A DNA stretch of 64,000 nucleotides from a virus: positions 4,916-68,915 of IMG/VR virus record IMGVR_UViG_3300036832_000827; one strand, written 5' to 3'. Shown in pieces: positions 26,779 through 36,200 of the stretch (position 1 is the first letter of the stretch; every line of letters starts with the position of its first letter). A program made the position numbers and the translations under genes. The notes beneath the pieces are model-generated. The model made no database searches. It saw only the letters and a program-made list of their open reading frames with translations, and was not told the DNA's origin.

Positions 26779-26983
26779 AAAAACGTAAGAGGCCGACCAT
26801 CTCCAGGATCTCTCCTAAAAACGATCGGCCTTACAGCTTATACAGGCTCAGCTCGCATTCCCCTTAACACCTAGATCTGCTAAAAGCGGAGACGTCGTAA
26901 GTCCCCCAGTTCTCGAAGGCCCTCGGCCCCTCCGCTTCTTCCCCCCGCCTTATTCCTAGTTTCGGCGGGGAAAACTTTTTCGA

Positions 26984-27460
26984 TCAATGAGCATTCATAT
27001 TTAGCCGAAGCCAACTCCGAATGTCATCGCCCCTGATCCGTCCGCCTGCCTTTGGCAGATCGAATACCGCACTCTCCTTGAATCTCTGGTGATACTTCCA
27101 GGCTGTGAAGGTCACCCTGTTGCCGTCCCAAAGTCTGACGGTCGGCTTCTCGCCCAGCTCGCGTGCAAAGAGCTCCAGGATATTCAGAGCGAAATCTGCG
27201 GGCCCCGATCCTGCGTATCCCCACTCCATGCCGGTCGGCGAGTGATGGCGAAATACCTGAAAGATGTTGAAGTGCAGGCCGTCCTCGCGGCGCTCGCAGA
27301 TGATGTCCTTCGCCGCATGATCGAACGGAAGATCGACCCGATCACTGCTCTCGAAATTGTTCGCGTTGGCCGCGCAGATCGCCCCCATTCCGCGCTCGAC
27401 GCTCTCGCTCAGGCTCAGAGGCCGGTTACATTTCAAGCATGTAGCTGTTGCAGTCGTCAT
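26984..27460 (-). CDS. DUF6011-like zinc finger + DUF6166-like protein, 158 aa
   Basis: CLKCNRPL...SVERGMGAIC; HHSPTGMEWGYAGSGPADFAL. Confidence 0.6.
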   Translation of the reverse strand: MTTATATCLKCNRPLSLSESVERGMGAICAANANNFESSDRVDLPFDHAAKDIICERREDGLHFNIFQVFRHHSPTGMEWGYAGSGPADFALNILELFARELGEKPTVRLWDGNRVTFTAWKYHQRFKESAVFDLPKAGGRIRGDDIRSWLRLNMNAH

Positions 27461-27601
27461 AACTTTTCAAAAGGATTTGAAAGGGCGGACGATCGAAGCG
27501 GTTCGACAGGAAAAGGAGCGACCGCCGCCCTTCACCGAACGGCCGGCCTGATCCCCCCTTGGATTCGCTTGAGAGGGACGCGACCGGCGCCGGGTCTGAT
27601 G

Positions 27602-28576
27602 TTATTTCTTTTTGGTGGTCGACGGCGGTGGTGGTTCGTCGTCGGTCGTGAGCGGCAACTCCGGTTCGCCTGTCTCCGGTGTCGGCGCTTCGGGAGCCTC
27701 CGGCTCCGGCTTCTCAGGCTCCGGCTCTTGCGGCGTCGATGCCATTCGCTCCTTGAGCCCGGCCATTCCGCCCGATGCCTCAGACTTGGCCCGCGCCTCG
27801 GCCGCCGTCATCAGCGGGAAAGCCTCGTCGACCGTGGTCTGGCCATCCTTGATGGCAGTCGCGTATCCCTTGAGGATAGCGATGTCATCGAGACCTACAT
27901 CGTCAAGCGATGGCCGGTCAAGCGCCGTCAGTATCCGCTCGGGCGTGACACCCATTTTCCCAAAGTATTCGACCACGTTCGCCCGAACACCCGACAACGT
28001 CGACGCCTCGCCGATAGCAACCTGACGCGCGGCCAGAAAGATATCGTTTACGTAAGCCTTCGGGATGACCCGGAAGATGGCGTTCCTCAGCGCGATCGAT
28101 ATCGCCGAATTGCCCGTCACAATTATCATGTCGTCACTGAACCGCATACCGTTCTTGTTCGTGATCTTCCGGCGATTCTGGATGCGGATCGCGATGTTGT
28201 TTTCGAGGTCCCAGCATGTCGCTTCAGCAATGACCTCGCGGTCCGTCTCGCCGGCTACACGCGACTCGACACGCAGATTTTTCCACGCCGATGCGCAGAT
28301 TTCCGCCAGCCGGACAGATGGCCCGGTGATGGGCTTGCCTGCTCGCGGCAAAGTGTACATGCACGACGCGGCCGTCGCCTCGTCAAGCGTCGCCATCTCA
28401 ACCGCCTTCTCCTTGAACGCCTTGATCGAGCGCGGATACTTGAGAGCTGTCGAGATCTGGATGTCGACCTCCGACGAATTGATGACCATCGGGAGGCCTT
28501 CGTTCCCGTTCTGGTTTCCGACGACTATTGCGTCGTCGATGGTGTCTGTCATTGCAAGTTTTGAAGTTGGGGTCAT
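27602..28576 (-). CDS. Putative single-strand annealing/recombination protein, 324 aa
   Basis: Adjacent to the YqaJ exonuclease; A.KYPR...GPSVRLAE...W.N motif; acidic Pro-rich tail. Confidence 0.55.
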   Translation of the reverse strand: MTPTSKLAMTDTIDDAIVVGNQNGNEGLPMVINSSEVDIQISTALKYPRSIKAFKEKAVEMATLDEATAASCMYTLPRAGKPITGPSVRLAEICASAWKNLRVESRVAGETDREVIAEATCWDLENNIAIRIQNRRKITNKNGMRFSDDMIIVTGNSAISIALRNAIFRVIPKAYVNDIFLAARQVAIGEASTLSGVRANVVEYFGKMGVTPERILTALDRPSLDDVGLDDIAILKGYATAIKDGQTTVDEAFPLMTAAEARAKSEASGGMAGLKERMASTPQEPEPEKPEPEAPEAPTPETGEPELPLTTDDEPPPPSTTKKK

Positions 28577-28584
28577 AATTTTGA

Positions 28585-28656
28585 TCGTTCCTTTTATGTG
28601 TAAAATCTAAGTTCCTAACTCGTTCGTCCAAATTGTAAAATCTGCCTAGATCACTC
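28585..28656 (-). ncRNA. TIGR-like mini-array 4 (2 units)
   Basis: tcgttc-cttttatg-tgtaaaatc-taagttcc-taactcgttc-gtccaaat-tgtaaaatc-tgcctaga-tcactc fills the exonuclease-SSAP intergenic gap. Confidence 0.8.
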
Positions 28657-29595
28657 CTAAGCTGCCTGTCGGCTCGCCTTCTCGCTGACTTTTTTGAATC
28701 GCGTCACGCGGCACGTCGATATCTCGACATAGTCGGCCAGAATTCCCGGATGATCGATGGCCAGACGCTTCCGGTCGATACCCGAACGGTTCTGCTCCAA
28801 AAATGTCACGGTGCCCAGGTCGCAAACTGCTGCTTCGGCATCGGCCATCGCGGTTATCATCGCCGCCTGCGCCGCCTCTGCTTTTTCCTCAGCGATCTTT
28901 TTCGCGGCCTTCTTTTCGAGCCAGTCCATGACCAGAGCATTCGCGATCGGGACCGTACGATTCGGTTCGCGCCGTACGCGTTTTAATATCTCTAAATGCG
29001 GCTGCATGTTCGTCGGCGGGATGTCCGGCACGACATGCTTATTCCAAAACTCGTCGGCACGTTCGCACATTATGTCTACGACCTGTTTGTCCCACGGCAC
29101 AAGAAACCTGGCGAAGCCTCGGCCGCCGATGAACGCCGCGACACGGCACGTATCGAAGCTGGTACATATCATGTGCACAAGCGACTGAATAAGAACGCGC
29201 TCGGGCACGACATCGCTGTCGGTGTCTCCCCAGCGTTCGCCCGAAAAGAAAAAGAGACCCGTCGTCTTTGCCTCGATCGGCTGACCCGTCGCACGTACTA
29301 AAGCGTCGACGTTCGAACCCATCGGGAATGGCAGGCCCTTCGCTACGCGGTACTGGTTTCGAATGATCTCTCCGAACTCTCGCTCTGCGTACTGCAAAAC
29401 TCCGTCTTCAAAAAATGTTCCGGCAAGCAGCGGGTCATGGTCGCGCAGGTTTCGCCCGTCGTCTGCCAGCTTTCCCGTCTTCTCCAGCCATACATCTGAA
29501 GCGTTCCGGCGCGGATCGAATCCTAATATCGCAGCCATATCGGATGACCCGATGCGGCCCTGTCGTGATGCTCTCTGTAGTTCAGTTATCGGCAT
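28657..29595 (-). CDS. YqaJ-like viral recombinase/exonuclease
   Basis: R...IGSSD.AAILG...WLEKTG; G..FE; SNVDA...IEAKT; Q...HM; likely start MPITEL. Confidence 0.85.
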   Translation of the reverse strand: MPITELQRASRQGRIGSSDMAAILGFDPRRNASDVWLEKTGKLADDGRNLRDHDPLLAGTFFEDGVLQYAEREFGEIIRNQYRVAKGLPFPMGSNVDALVRATGQPIEAKTTGLFFFSGERWGDTDSDVVPERVLIQSLVHMICTSFDTCRVAAFIGGRGFARFLVPWDKQVVDIMCERADEFWNKHVVPDIPPTNMQPHLEILKRVRREPNRTVPIANALVMDWLEKKAAKKIAEEKAEAAQAAMITAMADAEAAVCDLGTVTFLEQNRSGIDRKRLAIDHPGILADYVEISTCRVTRFKKVSEKASRQAA

Positions 29596-29636
29596 AAGTT
29601 TTGTAAGATCTTTCCTTTTTTGGAATTTAGTTTTTT

Positions 29637-29843
29637 TTAAGAATCGAAGGCCACGGCCACTTCGCTCGTTCTTTGCCTTGCGAGCCATCTCGCTATTCGC
29701 GGATCGGCCTGCATCCGTTCAAGTTTTTCCTTCAGCGCCTCGCGTATTATTTGCGCTTCAGGTATGTCCAAAATATCCGCATAATCCCTGAGCCGTTTTC
29801 GTTCGACCTCGCTTATCCGGGCGGCTACTTGTGTGTTCCTCAT
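29637..29843 (-). CDS. Cro-like RHH regulator
   Basis: VAARISEVERKRLRDYADILDIPEAQIIREAL; promoter TTGACA-16-TACAGT at 29891-29918. Confidence 0.6.
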   Translation of the reverse strand: MRNTQVAARISEVERKRLRDYADILDIPEAQIIREALKEKLERMQADPRIARWLARQRTSEVAVAFDS

Positions 29844-30022
29844 AAGCCCTCGTTCGTGTTTCACTTTGTGCGTCACCAAGTGCAACTCGTACTGTAGCAC
29901 AATGCGAGGCCATGTCAACTCTTGTTTTTACGTTTCGAATAATATTTTTACGTACGTAGAATTTGGGATTTACAATGCGTCACATCTGTGATACATGTAG
30001 AGCCTCAGTCCGCACACTAACT

Positions 30023-30358
30023 ATGGTATTTGTACCTAAAGACAAAAGCATCAATCTACGTATGAACGCGGATCTCCGCGAACGAATACAGCGTCTGGCC
30101 GATAAACACTACCTATCGCTCTCCTCGATGGCGCATATCATCCTGGCCTGGGGTGCCGACAAATTCGAAGGCGGCTCCAGTAGTTATGTCGTTGAGCCTC
30201 CGGTCCATAAGGATTACATTGTCGAGCGCCGAATTCACGAGCCGTTGCTGACCGAAGTGAAGGGTGCCGAAACTGTTCCGATCCGGTCGGCTGGCGTCGT
30301 TGGCCGGCCCCGTAATAAGAAGCGCGGCGGCGTTGGAACAAAAAGGAAAGTGAAATAG
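30023..30358 (+). CDS. Putative repressor, RHH/Arc-like
   Basis: INLRMNADLRERIQRLADKHYLSLSSMAHIIL; divergent from the cro-like gene. Confidence 0.6.
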   Translation: MVFVPKDKSINLRMNADLRERIQRLADKHYLSLSSMAHIILAWGADKFEGGSSSYVVEPPVHKDYIVERRIHEPLLTEVKGAETVPIRSAGVVGRPRNKKRGGVGTKRKVK

Positions 30359-30365
30359 GAGTAAC

Positions 30366-30812
30366 GTGAAAAATATCTCGTATTCATTTGCCGGCAATTG
30401 GCAGGAGCGCGTAAAGACGCGCCGCTCTCTCCGATTTCCGATGCCGGCCGGCGTGACCAAGGTGGTACTGACAGCTCATGAGGCGCGTCTTGCCCGTAAC
30501 GGGGACTTCTCTTTATTGGAGGTCGTCGGCGATCAGCTTGAGAGGTTCGGCATCTGCCGGGGTGACAGACTTATTTGCGAGCGTGTCGCATCTCCTAATG
30601 AGATCTCGACGCCCGGCTTTTATGTCGCGAAGCGTTGCGATGCCAAAGAAGAGGTCGTCGTAAAGATCGAGATTCGCGAGGGCCGGGTGATCGCGCTTGA
30701 TTGTGATAGCGGCGACCGACTCGATGATATTGAGATCGATCGCGCCGTCGTCCACCTTTTGCGCGACCCGGACGCGTCGGGCGACTTCAGGCGCAAGCGA
30801 CACCGGCACTGA
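30366..30812 (+). CDS. Stand-alone S24/LexA C-terminal-like domain, probably inactive
   Basis: LEVVGDQL...GICRGDRLIC resembles V.GDSM...GI..GD.(L/V)IV but lacks the catalytic Ser. Confidence 0.45.
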   Translation: MKNISYSFAGNWQERVKTRRSLRFPMPAGVTKVVLTAHEARLARNGDFSLLEVVGDQLERFGICRGDRLICERVASPNEISTPGFYVAKRCDAKEEVVVKIEIREGRVIALDCDSGDRLDDIEIDRAVVHLLRDPDASGDFRRKRHRH

Positions 30813-30879
30813 ATTTTAGGATCGGGCGAACTCGGGAAGTTCACACACAAACCAAAAAGGATAACTACAAAAAACAAAC

Positions 30880-31095
30880 ATGAAAAAACTAATGTCCACA
30901 TTTCTGCTGCTGACGATCCTCGCTCTCAGCGGTCTCGCGAACACTTTTGCAACTGCGTACTTCACCGGCAGGTCACACTACGTCACGACCGTGACAGGCC
31001 AGGCCGGTGTCCAGTGCGAATACAACTATCTCGGCAATAAATTCTGGCGCACCTTTCTTGGCAGCATGTGTCCGAACTCCGTGGAGGTTCAGTAA
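30880..31095 (+). CDS. Small secreted protein, 71 aa
   Basis: Signal peptide MKKLMSTFLLLTILALSGLANTFA; two Cys. Confidence 0.6.
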   Translation: MKKLMSTFLLLTILALSGLANTFATAYFTGRSHYVTTVTGQAGVQCEYNYLGNKFWRTFLGSMCPNSVEVQ

Positions 31096-31100
31096 GTAAA

Positions 31101-31460
31101 ATGAGATCTCTTTTCTTAACGCTTATCTTTATCGCCGCGATCGGCTGTGTGAGTTTCACTCATGCGCAAAGCGCAAAAGCGGCAGAGGCTCAAGGCTCCC
31201 CGGCCTGGCCCGAGGTCAAGGCCATGCAAAAGGAAGAGCGCGACGCTCTCAGGAATAAACAGGACTCCGAATTCCGCCTGCTCCTGGACATCCAAAAGGA
31301 TACAGCCGACAGGCTTCTTTCAAGCGCTGCGAACGCTAACGATCTCTCGAAGCTCTTTGCCGAAGAGAGGGCGGCTGCGATGAAGACGTATGCTGAGGAA
31401 CGCTCGCGGCTCGAAGACATCCAGGCCCAAGAGAGGAAGGCTTTCTATCCCAAACCCTGA
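31101..31460 (+). CDS. Secreted coiled-coil protein (lysogenic conversion candidate)
   Basis: Signal peptide MRSLFLTLIFIAAIGCVSFTHA followed by a helical region. Confidence 0.55.
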   Translation: MRSLFLTLIFIAAIGCVSFTHAQSAKAAEAQGSPAWPEVKAMQKEERDALRNKQDSEFRLLLDIQKDTADRLLSSAANANDLSKLFAEERAAAMKTYAEERSRLEDIQAQERKAFYPKP

Positions 31461-31483
31461 CCACCGATTCCCCACTGTCGAAT

Positions 31484-31512
31484 AAGGCGTCTCACATGAG
31501 ACGCCTTTTTTA
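31484..31512 (+). terminator. Rho-independent terminator
   Basis: AAGGCGTCTCA-CA-TGAGACGCCTT-TTTT. Confidence 0.75.
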
Positions 31513-31590
31513 TGTTGACATCACCCGCGCCCGAGGTATAAAGTGCTGTGCTACACACTGTGATACGTTGTAAGACACGGGGGAAGTAGC

Positions 31591-31842
31591 ATGACCGACT
31601 CGGATCGGATCGACGAACTGACCGAAAAAGTAGATCGCTTGTTAGAGCTCGCACCCACGATCGAAGCGCTCGGCCGCATTCTTATCCGGCGCCGAACCGC
31701 TGCCAAGCGCGGCGTCCTGCATCGAACGACGATCGATAAAAATAAAAATATTGATAAGTTCGAAGAGGTCGGACACAAAAGAACTTTCATCGAGATCGGC
31801 GACGTCGCCGTCATCAAGCAACGCAAAAGATCCGCCAAATAG
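31591..31842 (+). CDS. Putative excisionase/recombination directionality factor, 83 aa
   Basis: Small basic ORF abutting attP, with its own TTGACA promoter at 31515. Confidence 0.4.
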   Translation: MTDSDRIDELTEKVDRLLELAPTIEALGRILIRRRTAAKRGVLHRTTIDKNKNIDKFEEVGHKRTFIEIGDVAVIKQRKRSAK

Positions 31843-32091
31843 TTAGTAACATAGTTAGTAGCTCTACCTTAAGTATTGCCCCGCAACCACTTAGCTCGAT
31901 ATGAACGGGTTCTCTTAATCCGCGAGTCAAAGGTTCGATTCCTTTACGACCCAAACCAAAAACACAGTGAAAAAGGCCGTAAAATGGGGGCGAAACGAGT
32001 TTTCGCCCTTTTGCATTTTAAACCCCGTCTGCTACAATATGACCAGAAAGCAGACGAAACATAGTTAGTAATAGTTAGTAAATAGTTAGTA
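31839..32091. mobile_element. attP: tRNA-Lys(CTT) 3'-half core flanked by ATAGTTAGTA arm repeats
   Basis: Core CTCTTAATCCGCGAGTCAAAGGTTCGATTCCTTTACGACCCA (31912-31953); ATAGTTAGTA at 31839, 31851, 32061, 32071, 32082. Confidence 0.85.
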
Positions 32092-32104
32092 GGAGGGTCT
32101 AAAA

Positions 32105-33268
32105 ATGGCAAAAAAGACGAAGGGAAAATACCGGGATCGATGCGTCGAAATCGACGGCAAGTTGTATGGGGTCCATTATTACAAAAACGAAAAGGGCGAG
32201 CAGAAAAAGAAGCTAAAAAGAGCGGCGAACCGGACGGAAGCCCGGCAGTGGGCTGAGGCTCAGCTTGTCAAATTACAAGAGACTGGCGGCGTACTTAAGA
32301 TCGAGAAAAAGACGACCTTTGCCGAACTCGCGACGTGGTACAAAACGGCGCATCTCGTTGAGGCTGTTTTTGAAAAAGGCATCAAGGTTGATGGCGTGAA
32401 GGATTGGAAAAGATTGCGCGGAAAGCTTGATAGGATGGTTGAGTATTTTGGCTCTAAGCCATTAAGCGAGATCACTACTCCTGTGCTGGTCACGTATGCG
32501 CGCTGGCGGCGCGAAACTGACAACGTGACGACGGCGACGATCAATCGTGATTTCGCGCTGATCCGTTCGGCGTTCCTTGCCGGCAAAGGTCTCCATCGAC
32601 TTTTAGAGATACCAAAGTTCCCGATCAACAACGCGGCTGAAGTCTCCCGTGAGCGCGTGCTGTCCTTTGAAGAAGAAGAGCTCCTGCTTTCGGTCTGTGT
32701 CGACAAAGAGGTCATCACGGTCGAGCGGCTGGGGCAAACATACTCGCAAGAGATCCAGGCGAAGCGGGCGCACCTGAAAAACATCATCGTTGTCGCGGTC
32801 GATACGGCGATGCGGAAAGGTGAAATATTCAAAATGGATTGGAGCGATGTCGATCTTGGGAAAGGAATAATTACGATACCGGTCTCGAACTCGAAAACAC
32901 AAAGAGAGCGAGCCGTCCCGATGACGCCGCGCGTGCGCGAAATATTCGAAGCGATGCCAAGACGCAAAGGCAAGGTCTTCGACGGCACGGGCTGCAAACG
33001 AACTTTCGCGACCGCGTGCGAACGTGTCGGGTTGGTAGACGAAAATGAGATCCACTTTCACGATCTGCGACATACCGGCACGACGCGAATGGTTCGGGCG
33101 GGTGTCCCGCATACCGAAGTAATGAAAATTACCGGACACAGTCAAATGAAAACTTTCTTGCGATACGTAAACCTGACGGCGCCGGCGATCCAAAACGCGG
33201 GGCGGTTGCTTGGTAATTATGTCGAGTCTCAGATGGCTGAGGCTGCTGACTCGGAGGCGGTGAACTAA
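32105..33268 (+). CDS. int: Tyrosine integrase, 387 aa
   Basis: DTAMRKGEI (R), SKT (K), FHDLRHT (HxxR), TGHS...FLRY (H, Y). Confidence 0.95.
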   Translation: MAKKTKGKYRDRCVEIDGKLYGVHYYKNEKGEQKKKLKRAANRTEARQWAEAQLVKLQETGGVLKIEKKTTFAELATWYKTAHLVEAVFEKGIKVDGVKDWKRLRGKLDRMVEYFGSKPLSEITTPVLVTYARWRRETDNVTTATINRDFALIRSAFLAGKGLHRLLEIPKFPINNAAEVSRERVLSFEEEELLLSVCVDKEVITVERLGQTYSQEIQAKRAHLKNIIVVAVDTAMRKGEIFKMDWSDVDLGKGIITIPVSNSKTQRERAVPMTPRVREIFEAMPRRKGKVFDGTGCKRTFATACERVGLVDENEIHFHDLRHTGTTRMVRAGVPHTEVMKITGHSQMKTFLRYVNLTAPAIQNAGRLLGNYVESQMAEAADSEAVN

Positions 33269-36200
33269 TTATCGTGCTTCCTTGGCCTCTTGACGGCGCA
33301 TAGCTTCCCGTTGGGCTCTGATGGCGGCTCGTGCCTTCTCTCTTTGGACGGCAGTTTTCAGTAGACGCGGGAAAGCTATATCGAGTGCTGACTTAACGAA
33401 TGCCAGGCCCTCGCCTTTTGTGAGTTCCTGCTTCTTGTCGCGGTTGACGCCCAGGCTGTGCATGATGTCGCCAAGCGCCGGGTTGAGATCCAGGCCTCCT
33501 TCGAGGATGTGGCGGCCGATGCCGGCAGTCTTCGGCAGATCAGGTGGTTTGAAAAATTGGGCTCCATACTGTCCTTCGCGATCTCGAAGGGCCATGAGGC
33601 TCGGTTCGTATCCGGTCGCTGCTATCGATGCCGCCCTTACGACCGGTGAGCTGGTCAACGGGCCCGCTATCGAGTTGATCGTGCCGGTCGCTCCCGATTC
33701 GAGCATCTGCTCTTTTGATCCGCCAAGGATCGCCGTGTCGTACGCTCCTGAGATGCCGAGTGCTCTCGCCCCTCTTTCGACGAGCGGCGAGAACATCCCC
33801 AGTCCGACGTAGGCGGTCTTGTCATTGTCGCCCCATATCATTTTCGCGAGCGGTGAGTTGCGGTCCTTCGGATTTAGCGGGATCTGCAAAAAGCGGCTGT
33901 CCTTGTCATTCCAGGGCATGACTCCGCGATAGGCGTAAGACGCTGCCGCCCACATCCCGAGCATCCCCAGTACGCCCCCGGAAAACTGCTGTTGAGCTCG
34001 ACGAGCCATACGCCAGCCAGGGCTTAGACCTTCGGTTGGCAACGGCGTTTTATTTAGCCATCCCAGGACGCCGTTCTTTAGCATCTGGCTGCCAGCGGTA
34101 AAGAATGGGGCTAGTTGCGAACCTTTGAGCGATCGTGACAGTTGCGATTCGAGAGCACGGTTATAGATCCCGAGCTTCTGCACGAATTCCGCTTTCTCAT
34201 AGCGCGATGCGTTGGGGTTGATCGTTTCGGCAATTTTCCACATCACGATGCGAGAGCGCGTGTCGATCCCTTTCGGGCCTGTCAAAAACGGCCTGATCGG
34301 ATTCCATGTATGCTCGATCCCGAGTTGTGCAGCCAGCTTTTTCGAAAACGTCTTGTTGGCGAACTCGCTCGGAAACGCGCCGCTTTCGGCCATGTCCCTA
34401 AGCATGGCGGGGTCGCCTTTTAGCGGGTCGGTCATCGCCACATGGATGATCCCAGTAAGGATCTTTGTCGCCGGTGTATTGCCGATCGTGCGTGAAAGAA
34501 TATCCTGGCCTATGAATGGCGTTCCGCCGATAAGTCCGCCGACGAGATTCGCTGTATGGTAAATGGGCTCAAGAAGTCCGGTAGCACCAAACATGTTTAG
34601 CCGATTGAGTGTTTTGTTGACGATATTTGGGTCGTCCGGGTGTTCGAGCACGGGCTTTAGTTCCTTTGCCAGCCACTTCGGCACGGTGTACGGAACATTG
34701 CCGATCCGAAGGAAAGTCGTTGGTTGGCCCATGATCTCCGATGGCGGCTCGGCACCCGGCTTTAACGGTTTAGCGAGTCCCGCTATCTCCACCGAATCCT
34801 GCAAGTCGCTCATGTTCTGGTCTCTCAGGGCCTTTGCGATCTCAGGTGTCGGATTGGCTCCCGCGAGTATCTGCGCCTGGATCTGAGCGGTGGTCGTGGC
34901 ATACTTGACGACCTCGTCGGCCGCTTCCGGATCGACGTGGCGCAACTCGTTGAGGTTTTTGTTTACGAAGTTCTCAAGCGAGCGGGCCGACCTCATCACC
35001 TTGCCGCTCGTCAAGGCGTCATCGAGTTTGCCGAGGATCTTACGGGTAGCTGAGAAGCTTAATTTTTGTTGTACAGGACGTGTTTCAGGAACCTTTCCTT
35101 GTTGAAGTTCGGATGGCTGGGGTCGACCTTCACCATAAGCCGCTTGGCCCTGGCCGCCGCCTGGTCCCCGTGTTTCTCCCCGATCTCGTAGCTCAGTAGG
35201 AACTTGGCCTTTTCCTTCGGACTCCATCCCTGGGAGATGGCCTTGAGATTCGCTAGTGCGGCTTCTTTGCTCATATCGTTGAATTGCTTTTTCTGTTTGT
35301 TTACTGATGCCGCCAAGGGCTTGTCTGACCCGCTCTGCGGTTACGCCTTCAGAGCGTAGGTGCTTTTCGTATGCTAATTGTAACTCAGCAACCTCTCTGC
35401 GCGTCAAACCGAGATCGAGATGGCCGTCATCCCGATAGGCTTTGTTCATGATCTCTTTATACATGCCGGCATCGGAGATGTTCCGGTAGCTGGGCACGGT
35501 TCGTAAATTGGCCTCAGCTTTCTTGTAGGCCTGAAGTCCTCTGCCTTTGTCCGATATTTTGCCGCCTAGCAGTTCCTCGTGGGCTTGGTGAAATCGCTCT
35601 TCCTGGCGGGTTCCTTCGGACAGCGTAGGATAGTTCTCATCGACCAGACCAGTCGGAAGACCGTGTTCAGGGTGAACATTATCCTCAAAGGTCTTGATGA
35701 TCCGATCGAGGCCGTCGGCCATTTCGGGATGCTCCTTGCTGACAGAATCTCGCGCCAGCTTCAGCGCGTTGGTTACGTCTGCAACGTCTGCCGGCAGCAT
35801 CTGAAGTCCCAGGAACCTCTCGTCTGGCTCTACGCCGCCCAGTCTTCTGAGGAGGCGGTGCATTAACTCCAAGGCCGGTACGTTCATCTCGATCATCGGA
35901 CTTTTTGGATCTTTGGTGAACGTGGCGTCTCGCAGCAATTCACTATCCTTCTTATCCGCCAGGCCCGCTTGTTCCTGCCTAAGCTGATCGACCTCCTTGT
36001 TATAGTTTTCGATATGAGCCCGGTCCTCGGCCGGAGTCTCGGGTTCGGGAAGATGTTCGGCCGCATTGAAATTGATGTCGCCGGGGGTGATCGTCCTGTC
36101 ACCTTTGGGAGGCCTGAACAGATCTGACTGGGCCTCTTTCCGAGAGCTCTTCGCCAGGCCCTCTTCTGTTTCCCGCTTACCGATCTCGCCGATGTCCGCG

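Noticed and set aside
5340-28656. Perfect self-targets of the guides within the window
   Set aside because: None found by eye, only half-site matches such as TATACGTA at 8673 and CTTGTCAAT at 55015; the search was not exhaustive.
31900-31960. Complete tRNA-Lys gene
   Set aside because: The 5' acceptor strand and D-arm are missing; it is the attP core.
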